Of a stretch of 19,105 nt of DNA, positions 1 through 8,166 are shown piece by piece. The notes beneath the pieces are model-generated. The model was given only the letters and a program-made list of their open reading frames with translations, was not told the origin of the DNA and did not search any database. A program made the position numbers and the translations under genes. Source of the DNA: Promethearchaeota archaeon (GTDB lineage: Archaea > Asgardarchaeota > Lokiarchaeia > Sigyniarchaeales > SOKP01); NCBI GenBank assembly GCA_048938445.1, contig JBHLME010000086.1, positions 1-19,105 of the forward strand, written 5' to 3'. Within the stretch, counting starts at the first letter, position 1. Each line of letters starts with the position of its first letter.

Positions 1-1
1 T

Positions 2-1258
2 GTTGCTAAAGAAGCTTTAGAGAATATGAGTGTAAAACCAAAATTAGCGATATTGGTTATAGACGCCCTTTCACGTATGCGTCATAATTATGCGGAAGTT
101 TTAAAAGGCGTAAGGGAAGAACTTGGAAAAGAAGTAACATTAATTGGAAGTACTGTTAACGGAGTTACAGTAAACGATCGATATGCTTTAAGAAGTGTTG
201 CTATAATGTTACTCGGAGGGGATATATCCCTCGATTCAACCTTTAATTATCCTAAATCTAGATTAGAATACGAGAGTATTGCAGAAAAAGTATATCAAAG
301 TAGTCTTAGCTTAGAACCAAATGATCAGCGTTTTATGTTATTATTTCAAGATGGAATTAAATTCCCACCCGAAGTTGTAGCTAAACAACAAGCTTTGAAT
401 GGTCGAGCGGCAGTTTTATTTGCAGGGTTAATAAAAAGGATATTTAAAAAACAGTTTGAAGAATTTAAAGAAAAAGGTCTGGGTTACTCTTCCACCCAAG
501 AATTTCTCGAAGCTTTATATGCTAAAGGATGGGATAAAACAGTTATTGGAAATCTTGCCACTAACACACGTAATTGGGATTCGGTTGAATTTTTTAATGA
601 TGAAATAGGTGATGATAATATTATCGGAGCATTATTGTCTCCACAAGGCTCTTCAAAGTTTGGATTTGGATATGGTGCAGGAGCAGAACCTACAGGAATA
701 AAATGCGTGCCTACTAAAAATATTGGAAATTTCATCTTAAAAATTGATGGAAAACCTGCTCTACAAGGCTTCTGTGATGCTGCTGGGATACAGAAAGATG
801 CATTAAGGGAATTAAAACCCTATGATTATATAAACAGTTATATAGTTTTAGGTACTAAAGAGACGGCTGGAGACAAAGATATTATACATCTTGTCGCTAC
901 AATTACCAACCCAGAGCTTGAAAACTTTCTTATGACTGGATTTCTTTTTGATAGAGTTCCCGAAGAATTTGAAATATTTCGAAGTGATATGAAAGTAATG
1001 CATAAAACTGCTGAACTGACTGTGAATCAAGCTCTAGAAAACATAGATAATCCACGATTTCTACTCGGATTTGATTGCGCACTTCGGTCCTTTTCATATG
1101 GGGATAATCTTCCAAGGATTATAGAAACGATTGATAATGCAATAGGTAAGGATATCCCTCGAATGATTATTGGATCTGGGGGTGAAATATTCGGAACAAA
1201 GGATATAGATTATTATTGGAATAATTTAACATTTCTGACCTTAGTAGGCGGGGATTAA
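2..1258 (+). CDS. FIST (FIST_N + FIST_C) domain protein, probably 5'-truncated by the window edge
   Basis: The frame is open from base 2 (VAKEALEN-MSVKPK), so the ATG at 26 may be internal. FIST-like motifs: 'LIGSTVNG', 'ILKIDGKPA', 'GFDCALR', 'GSGGEI'. Confidence 0.8.
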   Translation, partial: VAKEALENMSVKPKLAILVIDALSRMRHNYAEVLKGVREELGKEVTLIGSTVNGVTVNDRYALRSVAIMLLGGDISLDSTFNYPKSRLEYESIAEKVYQSSLSLEPNDQRFMLLFQDGIKFPPEVVAKQQALNGRAAVLFAGLIKRIFKKQFEEFKEKGLGYSSTQEFLEALYAKGWDKTVIGNLATNTRNWDSVEFFNDEIGDDNIIGALLSPQGSSKFGFGYGAGAEPTGIKCVPTKNIGNFILKIDGKPALQGFCDAAGIQKDALRELKPYDYINSYIVLGTKETAGDKDIIHLVATITNPELENFLMTGFLFDRVPEEFEIFRSDMKVMHKTAELTVNQALENIDNPRFLLGFDCALRSFSYGDNLPRIIETIDNAIGKDIPRMIIGSGGEIFGTKDIDYYWNNLTFLTLVGGD

Positions 1259-1327
1259 ATCAATTTTATCAAATTTTATGAGCAGTAATTCAAAATATCA
1301 TGAATTTTCTCATCGAATATTAACTAA

Positions 1328-1375
1328 TTTTTTTTTTTTTCAATGTAATTAAACTAATTACATTGTTTTTTTTTT
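1328..1375. promoter_or_regulatory. Perfect 11-bp inverted repeat (CAATGTAATTA-aac-TAATTACATTG) flanked by T13 and T10 tracts; terminator of the FIST gene and/or operator upstream of luxE
   Basis: Arms at 1341-1351 and 1355-1365; T runs at 1328-1340 and 1366-1375. Confidence 0.6.
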
Positions 1376-1481
1376 AATTTATATTTATAAGATTTTAGTT
1401 TAAAAAAAGTCCTACGCTTATGTACGGATAATTTACATAAACAATAAATTAATAAATAGAAATTAGTATAAGATATTTAAC

Positions 1482-2669
1482 ATGTTAATTGACAATTTCA
1501 TAGAAAAAGGGAAAAAATATTTATATACAGATGATCAAAAGAAAGTACAAAAAGAGCGTTTTAAAGCGGTAATAGAAACTACAAAACATCAAATTGAAAA
1601 ATGTGGTCTCTATCGTCAGCTTTGTAAGCAAAAAAATTTTGATCCTCGTAGAGACTTAAAATCAGTAGACGATATAAAGAATATACCGTACCTTACTTCA
1701 GCAAACTATAAAGGAAAAACGGGAACACCTAAGAAATTTTTATGTGTACCTGAGAGTGAAATTCAAGTCTGGCAGTCTTCAAGTGGGACATCTGGAGATC
1801 CATCTTTAATAGGTAAAGATAAAATTAACCTTCAAAGATATCTAAAAGTACTTAATTTTAGTTATGCAGAGGTTTTGAATTTAGCCCATTTTGATTGGAC
1901 CCTATTTTTCACCCCTCGACCTCAAAAGCTTTACACGATAGAAGATAAAATAACTGACCCCATTCGTAGCATGCTTTATGTGATGATTCTTACAAACAAG
2001 GCACCTTTGGAAAATAGAATTTATGCTCTAAAAATGGCTGATGAAGAATCAATGAAAAAAGGAAAACTCTTTGATATTGATAGCGAAGGAACACTTAGTT
2101 TTTTAAACGCAAATCCTTCAGAAAAAGGTAAAGGATGGATAAGTGGTTCTATTCCTTTATTGTATTCATTTTTCTCGGAAATATATAAAAAAACGGGACA
2201 AACATTTGAATGTGGTGAAGATTCAGTTGTAGTAGTTGGTGGAGGATGGAAGTCTTTTTCTGGTGAACAGGTCCCACCAGAGAAATTCCGAGATACATTA
2301 TCTAAATCACTAGGAATACCGCAGAAAAATATCCGAGATTCATATAATTTCTCTGAAACGGATTGTATGAATCCAGAATGTGAATATCATAATAAACATG
2401 TTCTACCATGGCAAGATATTATTATTAGGGATGTTGAAACCCTAGAGCCAGTAGAAATGGGGGAAACTGGATTAGTAAATGTAATCAATCCTATAGCTTA
2501 TAGTTATGCGGGCGTGTCGATACTTCAAGACGATATTGCTAAAATTACAATGGAAGATAATTGTTCATGTGGTAGAAGAGGCAAAATTATTGAAATCATT
2601 GGCAGAGCTCAAGGTGCAGAAGGAAAGGGATGCGGAGTCCAATTAGCTGGAGAAACTGATAATAATTAA
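1482..2669 (+). CDS. luxE: LuxE-family acyl-protein synthetase
   Basis: SSGTSG nucleotide-binding motif, GGGWK, 'YNFSE', 'QDD', 'CSCGRRG', and C-terminal 'GRAQGAEGKGCG' carrying the acylation cysteine typical of LuxE. Lies directly upstream of a luxC-like gene. Confidence 0.9.
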   Translation: MLIDNFIEKGKKYLYTDDQKKVQKERFKAVIETTKHQIEKCGLYRQLCKQKNFDPRRDLKSVDDIKNIPYLTSANYKGKTGTPKKFLCVPESEIQVWQSSSGTSGDPSLIGKDKINLQRYLKVLNFSYAEVLNLAHFDWTLFFTPRPQKLYTIEDKITDPIRSMLYVMILTNKAPLENRIYALKMADEESMKKGKLFDIDSEGTLSFLNANPSEKGKGWISGSIPLLYSFFSEIYKKTGQTFECGEDSVVVVGGGWKSFSGEQVPPEKFRDTLSKSLGIPQKNIRDSYNFSETDCMNPECEYHNKHVLPWQDIIIRDVETLEPVEMGETGLVNVINPIAYSYAGVSILQDDIAKITMEDNCSCGRRGKIIEIIGRAQGAEGKGCGVQLAGETDNN

Positions 2670-2750
2670 ATTGTAAATCAGAATTATTGAAAGATTTTTT
2701 TATTTTTAAATATTTTTTTTACTTTATTGAATAATTATATGATGGGGATT

Positions 2751-4457
2751 ATGAAAAAAAAAATAACAATTCCAGCTTTTATTTTTAAACCTGTATACTC
2801 AGAAAAGATTACTACAGAAGTATATAAACGTCAAGATGATGTATTAGAAATTGAATTTCCTGTTTTTGACAAGAAAGTAGTGCTAAAAACTGCAGAAAGC
2901 CTCTCATTGAAGAAACGAAGAGCTCATGATAGAGATATAGATGATGTTATAGAGGTTATTGATCAAGTGGGTGCTTTATGGAGTGATCCAAATTATGAGT
3001 TTCGTAAAGAAGCTTTAGAAGTTCTTCCTATAACTTCAGGACAATCAAAGGTACTGTGTGAGATAGAACTTACAAATATGCTTTCCTTACTGAATAAAAA
3101 ATCCATCGAAAATGAATTATTAGGACAAATTGGAGGAAAACAATATTTAGAGGAATGGATTCCCAAAAATGACGTAAGAATTCATGCCCAACCAAGAGGT
3201 GTTATATTACATAACCTTGCTGGTAATGCCTTCCTAATTGGTGTAATGTCTCTTAGTTATGGGTTAATTACTAAAAATGTTAATTTACTGAAGCTCCCTC
3301 ATGAAGAACCATATGTCCCAATAAAATTTTGTGAGTCCATGGCAGACATAGATAAAAAAATCGCAAAAGAAATAGCAGCGCTTTATTGGCAAGGGAGTAG
3401 AGGAGATATCTTTAATGAATTGTTTAATTCTGGAAATGTAAATTGTGTTGTAGCATGGGGAGGAATCGACTCTATTGAGGATATTAGGAGAAGAGCATAT
3501 CGGTATGGTATTAAAATAATTGATAATGGTCCCAAATTATCATTCTGTGTCGTTTCTGAGGATTTATTTAAAGATGTGAAAAATATGGAGGAAATAGCAA
3601 ATAAAGTTGCAATAGATGTAGTATGCTGGAATCAAAAAGCTTGTTTAAGCCCAAGAGTAATTTATATTGTAGATAATCCTCAAAAATCTGCCATTTTTCA
3701 TAATAATGGAGAATCAATATCAGATATGGATTTGGACTTATTAAATAATAAAAATAAAGAAAATAATGTTTTCGATGTTATGGATAAAAAATTTAACGGT
3801 ACTGAATTGGATGATCTTGATGTTGGTAAACTCATGAAGCGTTCTATAAAGTTACTTAAAAATGAATATTCCGAATTATCACCATTTGGATTCGCAAAAA
3901 TGTTAGCGAAAGGTTTGAAAAATACAGATCTAACTCTTCCACGTACACACCTCACTCAAGCTGATGGAATGGAAATGGAAAAAAAACGTGAATATTTCTT
4001 TATGAACTATGTCACTAAGAAGCGTGCAACTATTATCTACCCACCTAAAAATAAATTAAATTGGACTGTAGTTTATTTGCGTGATTTACCAACAATGATG
4101 GAAATAGATAAGTGTCAAGATCGATTTGTTATTGTCTCTAGAATTTCTAGCATTCAGGATCTAATTTATTCTATGAGAAAAGAAAAGCTACAGAAGTATC
4201 TCCAAACCATCTCCATCTATGGTGCCGATGATTTTGTCAAGAATGTTGCCGAAGAGTTTTCATTATTGGGAGCATTTAGATTTCCGCATATCGGTGAGCA
4301 TAATAGTAGTGTAATAGGAGTGCCATGGGATGGGGAATATATTCTCCAGGATTTGATAAAATGGGTATATATCGAGTTTTTAGAGCAAAAAGAAAAGAAA
4401 AATGAAAAAGAAAAATTCTCGCTTTTTGGAGATCTTAAAATACCCAATAAAGTTTAA
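2751..4457 (+). CDS. luxC: LuxC-family acyl-CoA / acyl-protein reductase
   Basis: 'PRGVILHNLAGN', 'VAWGG', 'GPKLSF', catalytic 'NQKACLSP' (Cys codon 3642-3644), 'PWDG'. Start placed at ATG 2751 behind GGGGA; the ORF track starts at TTG 2727. Confidence 0.9.
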   Translation: MKKKITIPAFIFKPVYSEKITTEVYKRQDDVLEIEFPVFDKKVVLKTAESLSLKKRRAHDRDIDDVIEVIDQVGALWSDPNYEFRKEALEVLPITSGQSKVLCEIELTNMLSLLNKKSIENELLGQIGGKQYLEEWIPKNDVRIHAQPRGVILHNLAGNAFLIGVMSLSYGLITKNVNLLKLPHEEPYVPIKFCESMADIDKKIAKEIAALYWQGSRGDIFNELFNSGNVNCVVAWGGIDSIEDIRRRAYRYGIKIIDNGPKLSFCVVSEDLFKDVKNMEEIANKVAIDVVCWNQKACLSPRVIYIVDNPQKSAIFHNNGESISDMDLDLLNNKNKENNVFDVMDKKFNGTELDDLDVGKLMKRSIKLLKNEYSELSPFGFAKMLAKGLKNTDLTLPRTHLTQADGMEMEKKREYFFMNYVTKKRATIIYPPKNKLNWTVVYLRDLPTMMEIDKCQDRFVIVSRISSIQDLIYSMRKEKLQKYLQTISIYGADDFVKNVAEEFSLLGAFRFPHIGEHNSSVIGVPWDGEYILQDLIKWVYIEFLEQKEKKNEKEKFSLFGDLKIPNKV

Positions 4458-4479
4458 TACAAGATGAATCTTTTTATTT

Positions 4480-6204
4480 TCACAATAGCAATATATCCAA
4501 TTTCTTCTTTATAGTGAAAAGATTTCCATCTTTTTGATAAATAATTATAACTTTTATATTACTTGATATAGGATTTGATTCTTTTTCATAATATTTCTTG
4601 AACCACCAAGTAAAAACAAGTTGATCATTAGGTTCCATAACGTCCGGGATATCAACATCATTCTTCTCAATTATTTCTTCAATTAGGAGGTTTTTAGGAT
4701 AATCTTTTATAATTTTTAAGTTCGAGATTTGTTTTCCAGAAATATTTTTTATTTGAACGGATAGATTTATCTTATATTCATTTTCTTGAGGTCTTTGAAT
4801 GACTTTCCATTTTTTATAAAATTCAATATCAAATCTTGATACATTTATCAATTCTCTTGGTTTGATCATATCATCTTTAACTACCGCATTTAGAAAGCCT
4901 TCTTCAATGAGTCTCTCTAAAATATCAATAAAATGTTCTTTTTGAATGTGGAAGTTCTTACATAATTCATCTATACTCACGGAACCTTGTTGTAATCTAT
5001 AATCCAACCACGATTTTAAATTCTGAAATCGAAGCTCAGGAAGTTTATTCTCTAAAATCCTAATTAATTCTTTTCTTCGTTTTTCTTCTTCAGAATTAAA
5101 TAATTGACCAATATTATTTAGAATATCATATGCAATATAAGAAATATTATAATGATTATTCTGTTCAAACCACATTTTTAATTTATTGAAATTTGAAGCA
5201 TTAAATTCATTTGCAATGTCTACAATTAATTTGGCCATCAAGGACTCTGCTAATGGTTGTTCTATTTTATAAATTTTTTTGAAAACATTATTAAAAATCT
5301 TGATATGTTCTTTTACATCTTCAGATATATCCCTAAATAATCTAAAAAATTTGTTAAATCCATTCTTCAAAATAGAATATGCAATAAGGTCTTCTATTGC
5401 CTCTAAGTTGTCAATAACATCATCTTCTATGAATAATAAAAACGTATCATCGAAAATATCCTCGTGATAATCCATTATATCACGAATACACTTTTTCATG
5501 GACTTATAGACAAGATAGTCATCATGATCAAGTAGACTTACTAAATCATGAGTAATTGGAATAACTAATTCCTTTCTTTTAATACCAAGTTGTGTAATCA
5601 AAAAAAATATCTTTTCTTGAGAGATCCAATTTCTTATAGGAATAGTTTTTACTAAATCCTGCAGATTTTCAACGGAGTATGTTTTCATATAAAGTTTTAA
5701 TAAAAAATCAAGTCCTTCCTTTATTACATCAATGTCTTTTTCCTCAAGTAAAATTTGTAAATCCTTTTCAAATTCGCTTATTAACCTTGGTCGATCTATA
5801 AAAATATCACTTAAAAACTCAATAATCTTCTTTCTTACTTCCCATAGATCATTATTTAAAGAATTAATTAATCCTGTTAATAATTGTTTCTCAAATTTAG
5901 AAGCTTCTGAAAAAATATTTATTAAAAAACTGATAATTCTTTCTCTTACAATAGGTTCAAATGAATTTATGTTAGAGATAATATCTTCCGTCTCATTTTT
6001 AATCAAATTGGTATTTCTGATAATCGAATTAGTGTAAATTTTAGTAGTAATTTCTTGAACCTCATCATCATAAGAAGTTAAATGAGGCTTAATTACATCA
6101 AGATGTTCCTTTGAAAGGTCATATCCTTCTTCCTGAATTTCCAAAATTCCCCTAAAAATAAATGGTAAGGATTCATAATTATCATCATTAACTAACATTA
6201 TCAA
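4480..6204 (-). CDS. HEAT/ARM-repeat protein with a winged-helix (PCI-like) segment and a C-terminal beta-sandwich (appendage-like) domain; true start may lie further upstream (ATT at 6276)
   Basis: HEAT-type units 'LNNDLWEVRKK', 'LLEEKDIDVIKE', 'LLDHDDYLVYK'. Winged-helix-like 'VSIDELCKNFHIQKEHFIDILERLIEEGFLNAVV'. Beta-rich tail 'INLSVQIKNISGKQISNLKI...MEPNDQLVFTWWF'. Confidence 0.7.
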   Translation of the reverse strand: MIMLVNDDNYESLPFIFRGILEIQEEGYDLSKEHLDVIKPHLTSYDDEVQEITTKIYTNSIIRNTNLIKNETEDIISNINSFEPIVRERIISFLINIFSEASKFEKQLLTGLINSLNNDLWEVRKKIIEFLSDIFIDRPRLISEFEKDLQILLEEKDIDVIKEGLDFLLKLYMKTYSVENLQDLVKTIPIRNWISQEKIFFLITQLGIKRKELVIPITHDLVSLLDHDDYLVYKSMKKCIRDIMDYHEDIFDDTFLLFIEDDVIDNLEAIEDLIAYSILKNGFNKFFRLFRDISEDVKEHIKIFNNVFKKIYKIEQPLAESLMAKLIVDIANEFNASNFNKLKMWFEQNNHYNISYIAYDILNNIGQLFNSEEEKRRKELIRILENKLPELRFQNLKSWLDYRLQQGSVSIDELCKNFHIQKEHFIDILERLIEEGFLNAVVKDDMIKPRELINVSRFDIEFYKKWKVIQRPQENEYKINLSVQIKNISGKQISNLKIIKDYPKNLLIEEIIEKNDVDIPDVMEPNDQLVFTWWFKKYYEKESNPISSNIKVIIIYQKDGNLFTIKKKLDILLL

Positions 6205-6382
6205 GTTCTCTAAAGCTTCTCTATAATTTCCACTTTTTAAATCCTCTTTTATCGGATTAAAATCGATATCTGTAATCCTATACCATCCCCTAAAATAAAT
6301 ATAATTTTTACTATATCAATTAAATTAAAAAACTTCATATTTAAAAATAAATGTTTTATATAGATTTTTGCTTCATTACAAC

Positions 6383-6437
6383 GAACTTAAAATTCAACTT
6401 GAATTAAATTTAAGTTCAAACAAAATTTGAATTAAAT
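6383..6437. promoter_or_regulatory. Nested inverted repeat plus direct repeat in the divergent promoter region between the HEAT gene and the mutase
   Basis: GAACTTAA (6383-6390) / TTAAGTTC (6410-6417) enclose AATTCAA-C-TTGAATT (6391-6405). TTGAATTAAAT occurs at 6399-6409 and 6427-6437. Confidence 0.5.
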
Positions 6438-6474
6438 AAGTTAATACATAAGGATTTTAATAAAGTGTAATTTC

Positions 6475-8148
6475 ATGTATGATAAAGATTATTTAGCAAA
6501 GATTAAAGAGGAAAAAGAGAAATGGGAATCACATAATCAAAATTCAAAAGAACGAGATGTTAATTTTGTTACTGATTCAGAAATTCCCATAAAACGATTG
6601 TATACACCATTAGATGTTAAAAGTAATTATTTAGAAAAGATAGGTTTTCCAGGGGTTCCTCCTTATACGAGAGGAGTATATCCAACAATGTATAGAGGGC
6701 GATTATGGACTTATAGGTTATTCAGTGGACATGGTACTCCGGAAGAAACCAATTTGAGATGGAAATTCTTGTATGAACAGGGTGAAACGGGTTTTTCCGC
6801 CGCTGTAGACTCTTTAACATTCAATGGAATAGATCCTACTAATAAAGATGCTGCTCCTGAAGTAGGTACATCAGGTGTCCCTTTATATTGTATTGATAGC
6901 TTATTTGCTCTTACAGAAAATATTCCAATTGATAAAGTAAGTGTTGCTCTAGTTGTAGAACCATTTACAAGTGCTCCCGTGTGTGCAATGTATTATAATA
7001 TGGCTCAAATACGAGGATATGATATTAAAACGCTAATGGGAACCACTCAAAATGATATTCTCACGATGACGGTGGGGTATATCCCCTATAAGAATTGTCC
7101 TCCCAATCACTTATTAAGATTAGCATGCGACCTTATTGAGTGGACGGTTCCAATGAAAAATGTTCCCAGGTGGCATCCAATTAATTTTACTGGTTATAAT
7201 TATCGTGAAGGTGGAATAAGTGCCATTCAAGAATTAGGTTTTGTATTTGCAAGTGCTTGTTCTCACATTGATAATCTCATAGAAAGAGGGTGGAAAATAG
7301 ATGATTTTGTCAACAGGCTTGCATTTCATTTAGCTGCTCATAAAGATTTCTTTGAAGAAATAGCTAAATACAGGGCTGCAAGAAGAATCTGGGCAAAATT
7401 GATGAAAGATAGATATGAATGTCAAGATCCTCGTTCTCAAGAATTTAGGTTTCACGTGCAAACTGCAGGTAGTTCATTAACTGCTCAAACGCCAAAAATT
7501 AATATCGTGAGGACAGCAATTCAAGCTTTGGAAGCAAATTTAGGAGGGTGCCAATCACTACATACAAACTCCTATGACGAGGCTATTTGCTTACCATCTG
7601 AAGAAGCTGCTCTCATTGCTTTAAGAACTCAGCAACTAATCGCAGATGAGACAAGAATTACAAATACAGTTGATCCCTTAGCGGGTTCTTATTATGTAGA
7701 ATGGCTTACGGATGAGATGGAAGATAGAGTGTGGAAATACCTTGATAAAATTGAAAAAGTTGGTTCAATAGATAAAACATTATCATCGGGCTGGTTATAC
7801 AAGGAAATGAGAGACGCATTCCATAAAAGACGTAAAAAAATTGAAAGTGGCGAAGAGATAATGCTAGGAGTAAATAAATATGAAGTGCCTTATGATGACG
7901 TTACTGATGTATTTCGAACAAATAAAGAAGCCATAGGTATCGAAGTGAAAAGAATTCAAAAATTAAAAGAACGGAGAGATAATGCTAAAGTAGAGAAATT
8001 TCTTGATAAATTAAGAAATGTTTGTGAAAAGGAGGAAAATGTAATGCCTATAATGATGGAAATTACAAAAGAGGGTGCCACGATTGGTGAAATATGTGAT
8101 ATTTACCGAGAAATATATGGCATATGGGAACCACCATTGGCCATTTGA
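6475..8148 (+). CDS. AdoCbl-dependent acyl-CoA mutase, large (substrate-binding) subunit, methylmalonyl-CoA mutase family; substrate probably not methylmalonyl-CoA
   Basis: 'GFPGVPPYTRGVYPTMYRGRLWT', 'GTTQNDIL', 'FFEEIAKYRAARRIW', 'FHVQTAGSSLT', 'SLHTNSYDEA', 'DPLAGSYYVEWLT', 'GVNKY'. No B12-binding domain in this chain. Confidence 0.93.
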   Translation: MYDKDYLAKIKEEKEKWESHNQNSKERDVNFVTDSEIPIKRLYTPLDVKSNYLEKIGFPGVPPYTRGVYPTMYRGRLWTYRLFSGHGTPEETNLRWKFLYEQGETGFSAAVDSLTFNGIDPTNKDAAPEVGTSGVPLYCIDSLFALTENIPIDKVSVALVVEPFTSAPVCAMYYNMAQIRGYDIKTLMGTTQNDILTMTVGYIPYKNCPPNHLLRLACDLIEWTVPMKNVPRWHPINFTGYNYREGGISAIQELGFVFASACSHIDNLIERGWKIDDFVNRLAFHLAAHKDFFEEIAKYRAARRIWAKLMKDRYECQDPRSQEFRFHVQTAGSSLTAQTPKINIVRTAIQALEANLGGCQSLHTNSYDEAICLPSEEAALIALRTQQLIADETRITNTVDPLAGSYYVEWLTDEMEDRVWKYLDKIEKVGSIDKTLSSGWLYKEMRDAFHKRRKKIESGEEIMLGVNKYEVPYDDVTDVFRTNKEAIGIEVKRIQKLKERRDNAKVEKFLDKLRNVCEKEENVMPIMMEITKEGATIGEICDIYREIYGIWEPPLAI

Positions 8149-8166
8149 TTTATCGGGGTGATAATA

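Noticed and set aside
1482-4457. Bioluminescence operon
   Set aside because: No luxA/luxB, luxD or luxG in the window, and the order differs from luxCDABE.
6475-8148. Annotation as ordinary methylmalonyl-CoA mutase
   Set aside because: The Tyr89 and Arg207 carboxylate-binding equivalents are absent.
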